Assembly: GCA_004557125.1 (NCBI GenBank)
Contig: SFET01000007.1
Span: 31,561 to 95,560 of the forward strand
DNA length: 64,000 nucleotides
Origin: Clostridiales bacterium
GTDB lineage: Bacteria; Bacillota; Clostridia; Christensenellales; Aristaeellaceae
Direction: 5' to 3'
Below the pieces are notes generated by a model, which worked only from the letters and a program-made list of their open reading frames with translations, did not search any database and was not told the DNA's origin. This document shows, in pieces, positions 8,361 through 18,158 of the stretch (positions within the stretch are counted from its first letter, which is position 1; every line of letters begins with the position of its first letter). A program made the translations under genes and the position numbers.

Positions 8361-9869
8361 ATGAGAAGGATGCTGTGCGCGGCGCTGGCCGTGCTGCTGC
8401 TCATGTCTGTGGCCTCGGCGGCGGTGAAGCCCGACTGGTGCGCGGACTATGCGCGCGTGTTTCCGCTGGACTGCGAACCGAAGCGCTATCTGGTGAAGGC
8501 GGAGGGCGACGAATGCTGGACGCTGCTGGATGCGGACGGCGGCGTGCTTCTGGAGCGCTATGTGATGGACTTCGATCCGGACTTCCGTGAGGGATTATCG
8601 ATTATGTTCGATCCGGAGGACATATCGCTGTCCGGCTTTATGAACACCGCCGGCGAGCTGGTCACCGGCTTTGACTTCCACAACGGCGGCTGGTATTGCG
8701 ATCATCTGTTTTCCGAGGGCCTGTGCTGCGTGCAGTTTGCGAGCACGGGAAAATACGGCTGCATCAATGCCGACGGCGAGGTGGTGCTTGCGCCGGAGTA
8801 CAAATTTCTGGGCAGCTTTTCCGAGGGCCTGGTGCTCTACCTGTCGGAGGAGGGGGACTACGGCTACCTCAACGCCGCCGGGGAGGAGGTCGTTCCCGCG
8901 CAGTTTCCCTATGCGGGGGACTTCCACGAGGGCCGCGCATGGGTGCGGACGGAGGATCACCTCTACGGCTACATCGACATGGACGGCGAGCTGGTGGTTC
9001 CGGCGCAGTACACCGATGCGGGGGACTTCTGCGAGGGGCTTGCCCACGTGGAGATCGCCGACGGCCACGAGGGCTACATCCGCACCGACGGCAGCTTCGC
9101 CATCGAGCCGGTGTACCTGACGGCCTGGGATTTTGAGAACGGCTATGCCATGGTCGCGCAGGGCAGCGCCAGCGCAAAGGAGCAGGAGCAGGGCTGCTTC
9201 GGGGACGAGGGCGTGCGCTACGGCCTCATCGATGTGGATGGAAGGGAGATTCTGCCGTGCATATACAATGGTGTGGAGAATCAGCGGGGCGTGAACCTCG
9301 CTCCGGAGCAGATTGTGGTGACGGCGTGGCTGGACCATGCGATGCATTTCTTCCGCTTCGAGGATGGCAGGGCCGTGGAGATCGCCGGTCTGGAGACGGC
9401 GGCGGAAATCGAATACACAGAAGGAATCGATCTGGGGCCGGGGGAGGGCGAAAGGAATGCGCTGGTGTTCGTGGTCGCGGAGGAGAATCCCATCGATGGC
9501 CTGACGATGGCGCAGCTCAAGGACATCTATTCCGGCGAAATCACCGACTGGGCCGCGCTGGGTGCGCCGGACTTGGGCAGGATCACCGCGTTTCAGGCGA
9601 TCACGCGCAGCGTGGAGCAGCAGGCGTTCGAGGCCTTCATGGACGATGTATGGCCGATGCAGCCGCCGCAGGAGTACCTGGAAAACGAATACGGCGACTA
9701 CATTTCCAACTGCCGCTTCTGCGCGCTGCCCGGGGCCATCGGCTTCACCCTGAAGTCCGCCTGGGACGCCCAGAGCCACGACGGCATGAAGTTCGTGTCC
9801 ATCGACGGCGTTGCGCCCACGGTGGAGAACATCCGCAGCGGGGCCTACGCCTGCGTCGTCGTGCCGTGA
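8361..9869 (+). CDS. Secreted WG-repeat/PstS-like paralogue
   Basis: GAGGAGG lies 7 nt before the ATG at 8361. Signal peptide. WG-type units (..GKYGCINADGEVVLAPEY.., ..GDYGYLNAAGEEVVPAQF.., ..HLYGYIDMDGELVVPAQY..). Same C-terminal SIDGVAPTVENIRSGAY block as the upstream gene. Confidence 0.75.
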   Translation: MRRMLCAALAVLLLMSVASAAVKPDWCADYARVFPLDCEPKRYLVKAEGDECWTLLDADGGVLLERYVMDFDPDFREGLSIMFDPEDISLSGFMNTAGELVTGFDFHNGGWYCDHLFSEGLCCVQFASTGKYGCINADGEVVLAPEYKFLGSFSEGLVLYLSEEGDYGYLNAAGEEVVPAQFPYAGDFHEGRAWVRTEDHLYGYIDMDGELVVPAQYTDAGDFCEGLAHVEIADGHEGYIRTDGSFAIEPVYLTAWDFENGYAMVAQGSASAKEQEQGCFGDEGVRYGLIDVDGREILPCIYNGVENQRGVNLAPEQIVVTAWLDHAMHFFRFEDGRAVEIAGLETAAEIEYTEGIDLGPGEGERNALVFVVAEENPIDGLTMAQLKDIYSGEITDWAALGAPDLGRITAFQAITRSVEQQAFEAFMDDVWPMQPPQEYLENEYGDYISNCRFCALPGAIGFTLKSAWDAQSHDGMKFVSIDGVAPTVENIRSGAYACVVVP

Positions 9870-9885
9870 GGATTTGCGATCTGTT

Positions 9886-9922
9886 ATCCCGCGTATGCTT
9901 GCGCATGCGCGGATTTTATTTT
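9886..9922 (+). terminator. Intrinsic terminator after the WG/PstS pair
   Basis: About 10-bp GC-rich stem (cccgcgtatgc/gcatgcgcgg, one G-U pair and one bulge) followed by ttttatttt. Confidence 0.6.
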
Positions 9923-10017
9923 ATAATAATAAAGATTAGGCAAGCCGAAGGCTTGGCCGGGTCGCTCACGCCTGCGGGAGCGACAATCATGAGATTCTAT
10001 CGAGGTGGTGCAACGGC

Positions 10018-10662
10018 ATGGCGCTCAGGCCCTACAAGACGCTGATCAAGCGCGCGGACGACAGCTTCATCATCAACAAGTCCCGCTTCATCGGCTACGG
10101 CTGTCCCTGCGAGACCGAGGAGGAGGCGCTTAATTTCCTTCAGGAGATTCGCACGAAGCACAAGGACGCGACCCACAACTGCTACGCCTACATCATCGGC
10201 ACGAACATGGGCGTGATGCGCTACAGCGACGACGGCGAACCCGGCGGCACGGCGGGCATGCCCATCATCGAGGTGATGAAGGCCCGGGGCGTGACGAACT
10301 GCGCCGTGGTGGTCACGCGCTACTTCGGCGGGGTGCTGCTGGGCGCGGGCGGACTGGTGCGCGCCTACTCCCAGGGTGCGGCGGCGGCGCTCAACGCCTG
10401 CGGCGTGGGCGTGATGCACCCCACGGCCCGCTACCTCATGGAGATTCCCTACCCCATGCTCAACCGCATGGACCACTTTCTGAAGGGCGAAAGCGTGATC
10501 GTGGAGGACAAGGACTACACGGACAAAATCAGCTACACGCTGATCGTGCGCTGCGCCGACGAGGAGGGCTTCCTCGCGCGCATCACCGACATGAGCGAGG
10601 GCCGCGTGGAGCCGCTGCGGGTGGAGGAAATGTACCTGCCGTGGCCGGAGGAGGGCGCATGA
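10018..10662 (+). CDS. yigZ: YigZ/IMPACT-family protein
   Basis: ..SRFIGY..TEEEA..FL..KHKDATHNCYAY..RYSDDGEPGGTAG.P..VVVTRYFGG.LLGAGGLVRAY.. are hallmark blocks. Confidence 0.85.
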   Translation: MALRPYKTLIKRADDSFIINKSRFIGYGCPCETEEEALNFLQEIRTKHKDATHNCYAYIIGTNMGVMRYSDDGEPGGTAGMPIIEVMKARGVTNCAVVVTRYFGGVLLGAGGLVRAYSQGAAAALNACGVGVMHPTARYLMEIPYPMLNRMDHFLKGESVIVEDKDYTDKISYTLIVRCADEEGFLARITDMSEGRVEPLRVEEMYLPWPEEGA

Positions 10663-11528
10663 TCCGCCACGAGGTGCCCGCGTCCCTGCGGGAGGAGAAC
10701 CTGCAGCGCTACATCAAGCGCGCATGGCCGCTGCTGCCGGGGCACGTGCTGCGGGAGCTGATGAAGAAGCGGGACGTGCGCGTAAACGGCGTGAAGTGCG
10801 GCAAGGACGATACCGTTCACGGCGGCGATGTGCTGGAGATTTACGCCGACAGCCGTCCCTTTGAAATTCCCGCCGAGGTGATCTACGACGATGGTCACTT
10901 ATTGGCGGCGGTGAAGCCCCAGGGCCTGCCCTCGCTGCCCGATGCGGACGGCGTGGGTGCGGACACCATGGAGGCGCGCATGCGGCGCGTTCACCCGGAG
11001 GCGAGGCTGTGCCACCGCCTGGACGCGGCCACCGGCGGCGTGCTGCTGGCGGCGCTGGACGAGACCACCTACGAACAGGCCTTCGCGGCTTTCCGGGAGC
11101 ACGGCATCCGCAAGACCTACCGGGCGCTGCTGTGCGCGCGGCCGCCGAGGGATGAGATGACGCTGAAGGCGTACCTGACCAAGGATGCAAGGCGCGCCAC
11201 GGTGCGCGTGACGGATCGTCCTGCGACGGGCGCGCGGGAGATCGTGACCCGGCTGTATCTGCGGGGCGCGGTGGGCGACTGCTGGGACGTGGAGCTGGAG
11301 CCGGTCACTGGGCGGACGCATCAGCTGCGCGCCCACATGGCCCACATCGGCTGTCCCATCCTGGGCGACGACAAGTACGGCGACCGCGAGGTCAACCGCA
11401 GGCTGGGATTCATGAACCGGCTCTGCCTGTGGTGCGAGCGAATGGAAATACCTGTGGACAGCCCGCTGAAGGCGCACGTCGGCTGCGTCTTTCAGGCGGA
11501 CTGCCCGGACTGGATGGAGAAGAAATGA
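10659..11528 (+). CDS. RluA-family pseudouridine synthase
   Basis: ATGA overlap with yigZ. S4-like N-terminus. Catalytic HRLDAATGGVLL motif and ..GRTHQLRAH... Confidence 0.85.
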   Translation: MIRHEVPASLREENLQRYIKRAWPLLPGHVLRELMKKRDVRVNGVKCGKDDTVHGGDVLEIYADSRPFEIPAEVIYDDGHLLAAVKPQGLPSLPDADGVGADTMEARMRRVHPEARLCHRLDAATGGVLLAALDETTYEQAFAAFREHGIRKTYRALLCARPPRDEMTLKAYLTKDARRATVRVTDRPATGAREIVTRLYLRGAVGDCWDVELEPVTGRTHQLRAHMAHIGCPILGDDKYGDREVNRRLGFMNRLCLWCERMEIPVDSPLKAHVGCVFQADCPDWMEKK

Positions 11529-12394
11529 CGGAAGAACTGCTTAATGAGATACGGAATGTGCGCCTGATCGCGCTGGACATCGACGGCACGCTGATGGACG
11601 CGGACAAGCGCTTCCCGGAGATCAACTGCCGCGCCCTGCAGGCCTGCGAGGCGCGGGGCGTGAAGCTGGCGCTGGTCAGCGGCCGCAGCTTCGAGCTGAT
11701 GCGTGGCTTTGCCCGGGAGCTGGGGATTCACCCCATCCTCGCGGCCTGCAACGGTGCGCGCATCGAGGCGGGGGAGAACGGCCCCACGCTGTGTGAGCGA
11801 ACCTTCACCCGCGCGGACGCCGAGCGCGTGTGCCGCACGCTGGAGGACAGCGGCATGTACTTCAATTCCTACCGCCGGGGCAAGTGCTACATGGGCAACC
11901 CGGAGGTGCGGCCCTCGCTGGGCCCGCGCTACGCCCACCACATCCCCGGCACCATTGAGGATCCCCTCTATCCCTACGAGACCATCTGCGACCGCGCGCG
12001 GCTGTGGGGCGAGGGCATGGACGGCGTGTACAAGTTCGTGGCGCTGGGTCAGGCCTACGACCCCGGCTTCAACCGGCTCCAGGCGGAGCTTGCGGACATG
12101 CACCTCTCCGTGTCCAGCGCGTCGAAGCGCAACAAGGAGTTCATGCCCAGCGGCGTGGACAAGGGCTTCGCGGTGCGCGCGATCTGCCGGGAGCTGGGCA
12201 TCCCGCAGAGTCAGGTGATGGCCTTCGGCGACATGACCAACGACATTCCCATGCTGGAGGCTTCGGGGATTCCCGTGGCCATGGAGAACGGTGAGGACAG
12301 CGTGAAGGCCGTCGCCCGGCTCATCGCGCCGGATCACAACCTGGGCGGCGTGGGCCTGGTGCTGGAGCGCTATCTGTTACAGAAGGAGAATTGA
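11525..12394 (+). CDS. Cof-type HAD-IIB phosphatase
   Basis: DxD motif IALDIDGTL, ..VSGR.., C-terminal ..AFGDMTNDIPMLE... ATGA coupling to the rluA-like gene. Confidence 0.85.
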   Translation: MTEELLNEIRNVRLIALDIDGTLMDADKRFPEINCRALQACEARGVKLALVSGRSFELMRGFARELGIHPILAACNGARIEAGENGPTLCERTFTRADAERVCRTLEDSGMYFNSYRRGKCYMGNPEVRPSLGPRYAHHIPGTIEDPLYPYETICDRARLWGEGMDGVYKFVALGQAYDPGFNRLQAELADMHLSVSSASKRNKEFMPSGVDKGFAVRAICRELGIPQSQVMAFGDMTNDIPMLEASGIPVAMENGEDSVKAVARLIAPDHNLGGVGLVLERYLLQKEN

Positions 12395-12397
12395 AGC

Positions 12398-13231
12398 ATG
12401 GACATCCAACTGATTGTTTCCGATATCGATCACACCATCCTGCCCGCAAGCCAGATCATCTCCCCGGCGACGTACGCTGCGGTGCGCGACTGCCGCGCGC
12501 GGGGCGTGGAATTCGTCATCGCCAGCGGGCGCTGGTATCCCGCGGCGCGCAAGGTCGCCGTGGATCAGCTGGGCATCGGGGACGGCTACATGATCATCTG
12601 CAACGGCGGCGCGGTGGTGCGCAGCGACGGCACGCCCCTGGCCCAGTGGCGGCTGACGGCTGCGCAGGCGCGTGAGATCTACGAGCTGCTGAAAGCGGAG
12701 AAGGTGATGATGACCGCCTACGCGCCGGATGCGATCTACCGCGTGCGGGGGCGGTACCTGACGGTGTTCCGCCTGCCGGAGACGAGCTACTTCGACGGCT
12801 GCGCCTCCTACCGGGTGGTGGACGACGACTGGCAGGGCTTTGAGGACGGCGTTCTGAACGGTCCCTACAAGATCGAGGCCTACGCCGACGACACCGCGCT
12901 GCTGGCGGAGCTGCGCCGCAGGATCGAGGCGCTGGGCTATGAGGCGAACAGCGCCTTCCCCTTCAATCTGGAGATCATGGCCCCGGGCGCGGGCAAGGGC
13001 ACGGCGGTGCGCTGGATGACCGAGTACATGGGCCTGAAGCGCGAGCAGGTGATGGGCTTCGGCGACTACACCAACGACCTGCCCATGCTGGAGAACGTGG
13101 GCTGGCCGGTGGCCGTGGACAACGCCATCGACGAGGTCAAGCGGGCCTGCCGCATCATCGCACCGAGCTGCGAGGACGACGGCGTGGCCAAGACCATCCG
13201 CAAATACGTGCTGGGAGATGAGGAAGTATGA
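12398..13231 (+). CDS. Cof-type HAD-IIB phosphatase (second copy)
   Basis: ..IVSDIDHTIL.., ..IASGR.., ..GFGDYTNDLPMLE... Confidence 0.85.
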   Translation: MDIQLIVSDIDHTILPASQIISPATYAAVRDCRARGVEFVIASGRWYPAARKVAVDQLGIGDGYMIICNGGAVVRSDGTPLAQWRLTAAQAREIYELLKAEKVMMTAYAPDAIYRVRGRYLTVFRLPETSYFDGCASYRVVDDDWQGFEDGVLNGPYKIEAYADDTALLAELRRRIEALGYEANSAFPFNLEIMAPGAGKGTAVRWMTEYMGLKREQVMGFGDYTNDLPMLENVGWPVAVDNAIDEVKRACRIIAPSCEDDGVAKTIRKYVLGDEEV

Positions 13232-13746
13232 TGCACATCGTGCTGGTGAACCCGGAAATCCCCCAGAATACGGGCAACATCGCCCGCACCTGCGCGGCGA
13301 CCGGGGCGATGCTGCATTTGATCAGGCCGCTGGGCTTCGAGCTCTCCGACAAGTACCTCAAGCGGGCCGGGCTGGACTACTGGCACATGATGACGCTGGA
13401 GGTGCACGAGAGCTGGGAGGACTTCCTTTCAAAGTATCCCGGCGCGCGCCTGCACTACGCCACCACCAAGGCTCCCCGGGACTACTGCGGCGCGCAGTAC
13501 ATGGACGGCGACTTCCTGGTGTTCGGCCGGGAGACGAAGGGCCTGGACGAGGAGCTGCTGGCCCGCAACTATGAAAAGTGCATCCGCATCCCCATGCGCA
13601 GCGACGCGCGCAGCCTGAACCTGTCCAACTCCGTGGCCATCGTGCTCTACGAGGCGCTGCGGCAGCAGGGCTTCCCGAACCTCGAAGGCGCGGGGCATCT
13701 GCACCATACGCAGCCTGAAGGCAGCGAATGGGCGGATTACGTTTAA
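13228..13746 (+). CDS. trmL: tRNA (cytidine/uridine-2'-O-)-methyltransferase TrmL (SpoU family)
   Basis: ..HIVLVNPEIPQNTGNIARTCAATGA.LHLI.PLGF..DK.LKRAGLDYW.. and ..SLNLSNSVAIVLYEALRQ... Confidence 0.85.
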   Translation: MMHIVLVNPEIPQNTGNIARTCAATGAMLHLIRPLGFELSDKYLKRAGLDYWHMMTLEVHESWEDFLSKYPGARLHYATTKAPRDYCGAQYMDGDFLVFGRETKGLDEELLARNYEKCIRIPMRSDARSLNLSNSVAIVLYEALRQQGFPNLEGAGHLHHTQPEGSEWADYV

Positions 13747-13762
13747 TCCGTATGAAAACGGG

Positions 13763-13790
13763 TTGACAGCGGCGCTTCATCCGATATAAT
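13763..13790 (+). promoter_or_regulatory. Consensus sigma-A promoter for metY-metA
   Basis: TTGACA (13763-13768), 16-nt spacer, TATAAT (13785-13790). Confidence 0.6.
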
Positions 13791-13830
13791 GAAAAACAGG
13801 TACCTATGATGAGAATATAGGAGAATGAAT

Positions 13831-15105
13831 ATGCGTATTGAGACCAAGTGCGTTCAGTCCGGCTACACGCCCGGCAACGGCGAACCCCGACAGATTCCCA
13901 TCGTGCAGAGCACGACCTTCAAGTACGCCACCAGCGAGGCCATGGGCCGCCTGTTCGACCTGGAGGACTCCGGCTACTTCTACTCCCGTTTGCAGAATCC
14001 CACCTGCGACGCGGTTGCGGCCAAGATCTGCGATCTGGAGGGCGGCACGGCGGCCATGCTGACCTCGTCCGGCCAGTCCGCCAACTTCTATGCCGTGTTC
14101 AACATCGCCGGCAACGGCGACCACGTGGTTTCCTCCGCGTCCATCTACGGCGGCACCTACAACCTCTTCGCCGTCACCATGAAGCGCATGGGCGTGGACT
14201 TCACCTTCATCTCCCCGGACTGCACCGATGCGGAGCTGGAGGCGGCCTTCCGTCCCAACACCAAGGCGGTGTTCGGCGAGACCATCGCCAATCCGGCGCT
14301 GACGGTGTTCGACATCGAGCGCTTCGCCAACGCGGCCCACGCCCACGGCGTGCCGCTGATCGTGGACAACACCTTCGCCACGCCCATCAACTGCCGCCCC
14401 TTCGAGTGGGGCGCGGACATTGTGACCCACTCCACCACCAAGTACATGGACGGCCACGGCGCAGCGGTGGGCGGCGCGATTGTGGACGCCGGGCGCTTCG
14501 ACTGGATCTCCCACGCGGACAAGTTCCCCGGGATGACCACGCCGGACGAGAGCTACCACGGCGTGACCTACGCGGAGAAGTTCGGCCTGGGCGGCGCATT
14601 CATCACCAAGTGCACCGTGCAGCTGATGCGCGACTTCGGCTCCACGCCCTCGCCCCAGAGCGCCTTCATGCTCAACCTGGGCCTGGAGAGCCTGCACGTG
14701 CGCATGGAGCGCCACTGCGAGAACGCCCTGAAGGTTGCCCAGTACCTGGAACAGCACGAGAAAATCGCCTGGGTGAACTATCCGGGTCTTGCATCCAGCC
14801 CCTATCACGCCCGGGCGCAGAAGTACATGCCCAAGGGCACCTGCGGCGTGGTCTCCTTCGGCGTGAAGGGCGGCCGCGAGGCCGCGTCGAAGTTCATGCA
14901 GAACCTGAAGATCGCCGCCATTGAGACCCACGTGGCCGACGCCCGCACCTGCTGCCTGCACCCCGCCAGCACCACCCATCGCCAGATGAACGACGCCGAG
15001 CTGGTCGCCGCCGGCGTGTCCGGCGATCTGGTGCGCCTGAGCTGCGGCCTGGAGAGCGCCGAGGACCTGATCGAGGACATCGCCCAGGCGCTGGCGCAGA
15101 TCTGA
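13831..15105 (+). CDS. metY: O-acetylhomoserine aminocarboxypropyltransferase/sulfhydrylase (Cys/Met-metabolism PLP enzyme)
   Basis: ..FYSRLQNPT.., ..DNTFATP.., ..[11 protein letters not shown].. (PLP Lys), ..RLSCGLE... TAGGAG RBS lies 7 nt before the ATG at 13831. The ATG at 13825 is an alternative start. Confidence 0.85.
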   Translation: MRIETKCVQSGYTPGNGEPRQIPIVQSTTFKYATSEAMGRLFDLEDSGYFYSRLQNPTCDAVAAKICDLEGGTAAMLTSSGQSANFYAVFNIAGNGDHVVSSASIYGGTYNLFAVTMKRMGVDFTFISPDCTDAELEAAFRPNTKAVFGETIANPALTVFDIERFANAAHAHGVPLIVDNTFATPINCRPFEWGADIVTHSTTKYMDGHGAAVGGAIVDAGRFDWISHADKFPGMTTPDESYHGVTYAEKFGLGGAFITKCTVQLMRDFGSTPSPQSAFMLNLGLESLHVRMERHCENALKVAQYLEQHEKIAWVNYPGLASSPYHARAQKYMPKGTCGVVSFGVKGGREAASKFMQNLKIAAIETHVADARTCCLHPASTTHRQMNDAELVAAGVSGDLVRLSCGLESAEDLIEDIAQALAQI

Positions 15106-15151
15106 AGGCCGATCCGCAAGATATACGAACCCTCTGGAAGGTGATGAACCC

Positions 15152-16093
15152 ATGCCCATCAAAATCCCCAACAACCTGCCGGCGGCGGAGATCCTGCTGA
15201 AGGAGAACATCTTCGTCATGACGGAGACCCGTGCCATGACCCAGGACATCCGCCCGCTGCGCATGCTGCTGCTCAATCTGATGCCCAAGAAGATCGAAAC
15301 GGAGACCCAGCTGACGCGTCTGCTGGGCAACACGCCGCTGCAGATCGAGCTGGATCTTCTGCGGATGGAGGCGCATCAGTCGCTGAACACCAGCCAGGAG
15401 CACCTGCTGTCCTTCTACAAGACCTTTTCCGAGGTGAAGGACACCTATTACGACGGCATGATCATCACCGGCGCGCCGGTGGAACACCTTCCCTTCGAGG
15501 AGGTGGACTACTGGCCGGAGCTGTGCGGGATCATGGAGTGGTCGCGCAGCCACGTGCACTCCACGATGCACATCTGCTGGGGCGCCCAGGCGGGTTTGTA
15601 CTATCACTACGGCATTCAGAAGCAGCCGCTGGAGAAGAAGCTGTTCGGCGTGTTCCCCCACCGCTCGGAGTACCGGGAGTCCATGCTGCTGCGGGGCTTC
15701 GACGATGTGTTCATGGTGCCCCACTCCCGCCACACCACCGTCAAGCGCGAGGACATCGAGGCCGTGCCGAGTTTGCAGATCCTGGCCTCCTCCGACGAGG
15801 CCGGGGTGTGCATCGTGCGCAATCGCGTGGGCAGGCAGTTTTTCATGATGGGCCACTCGGAGTACGATGCGCGCACGCTGGAGAACGAGTATTTGCGGGA
15901 TGTGAAGGCGGGCAAGCCCATCGAGGTGCCGAAGAACTACTATCCCGGCGACGATCCCACGAAGGATCCCATCGTCAGCTGGCGCGGGCATGCCAACCTG
16001 CTCTACTCCAACTGGCTGAACTACTTTGTCTATCAGACCACGCCCTACGATGTGACGCAGGTGGGCGCCCAGCCCCAGCATTCGGATAGGTAG
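15152..16093 (+). CDS. metA: Homoserine O-acyltransferase (MetA family)
   Basis: [17 protein letters not shown]...[17 protein letters not shown]. The ICWG catalytic Cys context and HSRH are present. Confidence 0.9.
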   Translation: MPIKIPNNLPAAEILLKENIFVMTETRAMTQDIRPLRMLLLNLMPKKIETETQLTRLLGNTPLQIELDLLRMEAHQSLNTSQEHLLSFYKTFSEVKDTYYDGMIITGAPVEHLPFEEVDYWPELCGIMEWSRSHVHSTMHICWGAQAGLYYHYGIQKQPLEKKLFGVFPHRSEYRESMLLRGFDDVFMVPHSRHTTVKREDIEAVPSLQILASSDEAGVCIVRNRVGRQFFMMGHSEYDARTLENEYLRDVKAGKPIEVPKNYYPGDDPTKDPIVSWRGHANLLYSNWLNYFVYQTTPYDVTQVGAQPQHSDR

Positions 16094-16102
16094 GACGCAG
16101 AA

Positions 16103-16135
16103 TTCCCCACTCCTCAGTGGAGCGGGGAAATTTTG
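16103..16135 (+). terminator. Terminator after metA
   Basis: Stem ttccccactcc/ggagcggggaa (one mismatch) followed by attttg. Confidence 0.55.
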
Positions 16136-16159
16136 ATATGCAGGAGGGAGGATTGCAGC

Positions 16160-16834
16160 ATGCGCATACTGCTTGCGGAAGACGAGGTGGCCATGTCCGA
16201 GGCCGTGGTGGACATCCTCGATTACCACCACTATGCCGTGGACGCGGTGTACAACGGCGCCGACGCGCTGGACTACGCCCGCAGCCAGAATTACGACGGG
16301 ATCATTCTGGACATCATGATGCCCCGCATGGACGGCATCGAGGTGCTGCGGCGGCTGCGCAGCGAGGGCAACCGCACGCCGGTGCTGCTGCTGACGGCCA
16401 AGGGCGAGGTGGAGGACCGCATCCGCGGCCTGGACGCCGGCGCGGACGATTACCTGCCCAAGCCCTTCGCCATGGGTGAGCTGCTGGCGCGGCTGCGGGC
16501 CATGCTGCGCAGGCGGGAGAGCTACGTGCCGGACGTGCTGGAGCTGGGCAACGTGGCGCTGGATCCGGCGCGCTTTGAGCTGCGCTGCGGCGGAAGGGTG
16601 CAGTCGCTGAGCAAGCTGGAGTACCAGATCATGGAGCTGCTGATGCGCAATCCCGGTATGACCTTCTCCGCAGAGACGCTGCTGGAGCGGGTGTGGGGCT
16701 GTGATTCCGACGCGGGCGTGGGCGCGGTGTGGGTGTACATCTCCTACCTGCGCAAGAAGCTGACCGCGCTGGGCGCGGATGTGGAGATCGCTTCGCGCCG
16801 GGGCCTGGGCTATTCGCTGGAGGTCCGGCGATGA
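16160..16834 (+). CDS. OmpR-family response regulator
   Basis: MRILLAEDE.., phospho-acceptor context ..IILDIMMPRMDG.., ..LTAKG.., winged-helix C-terminus ..VWVYISYLRKKL... Confidence 0.9.
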   Translation: MRILLAEDEVAMSEAVVDILDYHHYAVDAVYNGADALDYARSQNYDGIILDIMMPRMDGIEVLRRLRSEGNRTPVLLLTAKGEVEDRIRGLDAGADDYLPKPFAMGELLARLRAMLRRRESYVPDVLELGNVALDPARFELRCGGRVQSLSKLEYQIMELLMRNPGMTFSAETLLERVWGCDSDAGVGAVWVYISYLRKKLTALGADVEIASRRGLGYSLEVRR

Positions 16835-18078
16835 TCCGCGCGCTGCGCAGCAGGTTCATCCTGGGCGCGATGCTGGCGCTGGCGATTCTGCTTCTGCTGC
16901 TGGACTGCGGCATTGTGACGGGGAACTATCTGCGCATGGAGCAGCGCGGTGATCAGGCGCTGGAGCGCCTGCTGGACAGCCCGGAGCAGGGCGGCAGACC
17001 TGCGCCCCAGACGGAAAACCAGAGGGGGCCAAGGGACAAGATTCCGCTGTTCGGCTACGAGATTCCCGCGCATGGTCCGCAGGAGGCATACTATCTGGTG
17101 CACATCGATACGGACGGCAAGCTGGACGTGGACGCACGGGGCATCGTCGAGCCGGATCTGGAGGCGCTGGAGGATGAGGTCCGGCAGATCCTGTCCACCG
17201 GTGCGGAGCGCGGCAAGGCCGGGGCGTACAAGTTTGCCCTGCGCCGCCTCGGGGACGGCACGATCCGGGTGGTGCTGCTGGACAATGCGCTGCAGTTGCA
17301 GTCGCTGATGGATCTGCTGCGCACGGTGCTCATCGCCAGCGCCCTGGGGCTTGCGGCCATGTTCGTGATCCTGCTGCCGGTGTCGAAGCAGATGGTGCGC
17401 TCCTATGCGGTGAATGCGGAAAAGCAGAGGCAGTTCATCACCAACGCCGGCCACGAAATCAAGACGCCGGTGGCGATTATTCGGTCCAACATCGACGCCA
17501 TGGAGCTGATTCAGGGCGAGAACAAATGGAGCCGGAACATACGCGGCCAGGTAGATCGGCTGGGCGTGCTCCTGCAGGAGCTAATGCAGCTGGCGCGGCT
17601 GGACGAGCGCGGTGCGCTGGAGGAGCGCGTGCGGCTGGATCTGAGCGCGCTTGCGGCGGAGGAGGCTGAACAGTATCGGGAGCGCTTTGCCCAGCGGGAT
17701 TTGGCGCTGCGCTGCGAAATTGCGGCCGGCATCTGGATCCGGGGCAGCGCGGCGGGCATGCGGCAGCTGATGCATGCGCTGCTGGACAACGCGGCGCAGT
17801 ACGCAGATGCGGGCGGCTGGGTGGAGCTGAAGCTGGAGCGCAGCGCACGGCGCGTGCAGCTGACGCTGCGCAACAGCGTATCGGCGCTTCCGCCCTGCCC
17901 GCCGGAGCGCCTGTTCGAGCGCTTCTACCGGGGCGACAGCGCCCGCACCCAGGGAGCGGCGGGCTGCGGCGTGGGTCTCTCCGCCGCACAGGCCATCGCG
18001 GAGCAGCATCGCGGCCGCATCTTCGCCGCCTACGAGGAGGGCCCGGCCGTGCGCTTCGTGCTGGAGCTGCCGGGCTGA
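16831..18078 (+). CDS. Sensor histidine kinase (two TM segments, about 150-aa extracytoplasmic loop)
   Basis: ATGA overlap with the response regulator gene. H-box FITNAGHEIKTP. N, G1 and G2 boxes (..LLDNAAQY.., ..GCGVGLS..). Confidence 0.9.
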   Translation: MIRALRSRFILGAMLALAILLLLLDCGIVTGNYLRMEQRGDQALERLLDSPEQGGRPAPQTENQRGPRDKIPLFGYEIPAHGPQEAYYLVHIDTDGKLDVDARGIVEPDLEALEDEVRQILSTGAERGKAGAYKFALRRLGDGTIRVVLLDNALQLQSLMDLLRTVLIASALGLAAMFVILLPVSKQMVRSYAVNAEKQRQFITNAGHEIKTPVAIIRSNIDAMELIQGENKWSRNIRGQVDRLGVLLQELMQLARLDERGALEERVRLDLSALAAEEAEQYRERFAQRDLALRCEIAAGIWIRGSAAGMRQLMHALLDNAAQYADAGGWVELKLERSARRVQLTLRNSVSALPPCPPERLFERFYRGDSARTQGAAGCGVGLSAAQAIAEQHRGRIFAAYEEGPAVRFVLELPG

Positions 18079-18107
18079 GGGGCGATCGCTATCCTTTGCA
18101 AAAGAAG

Positions 18108-18139
18108 GAGCTCCCGTCTGCATGTGCAGGCGGGAGCTC
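18108..18139. terminator. Bidirectional terminator between the convergent HK gene and the efflux operon
   Basis: gagctcccgtctgca/tgcaggcgggagctc hairpin, flanked by aaag on the left and tttg on the right. Confidence 0.65.
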
Positions 18140-18158
18140 TTTGTGCCCTGACGGGGCG

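Noticed and set aside
13747-13830. Expected S-box (SAM) or Met T-box riboswitch upstream of metY-metA
   Set aside because: The leader between the consensus promoter and the start codon is only about 40 nt. That is too short for either riboswitch, and no conserved S-box or T-box elements are seen.
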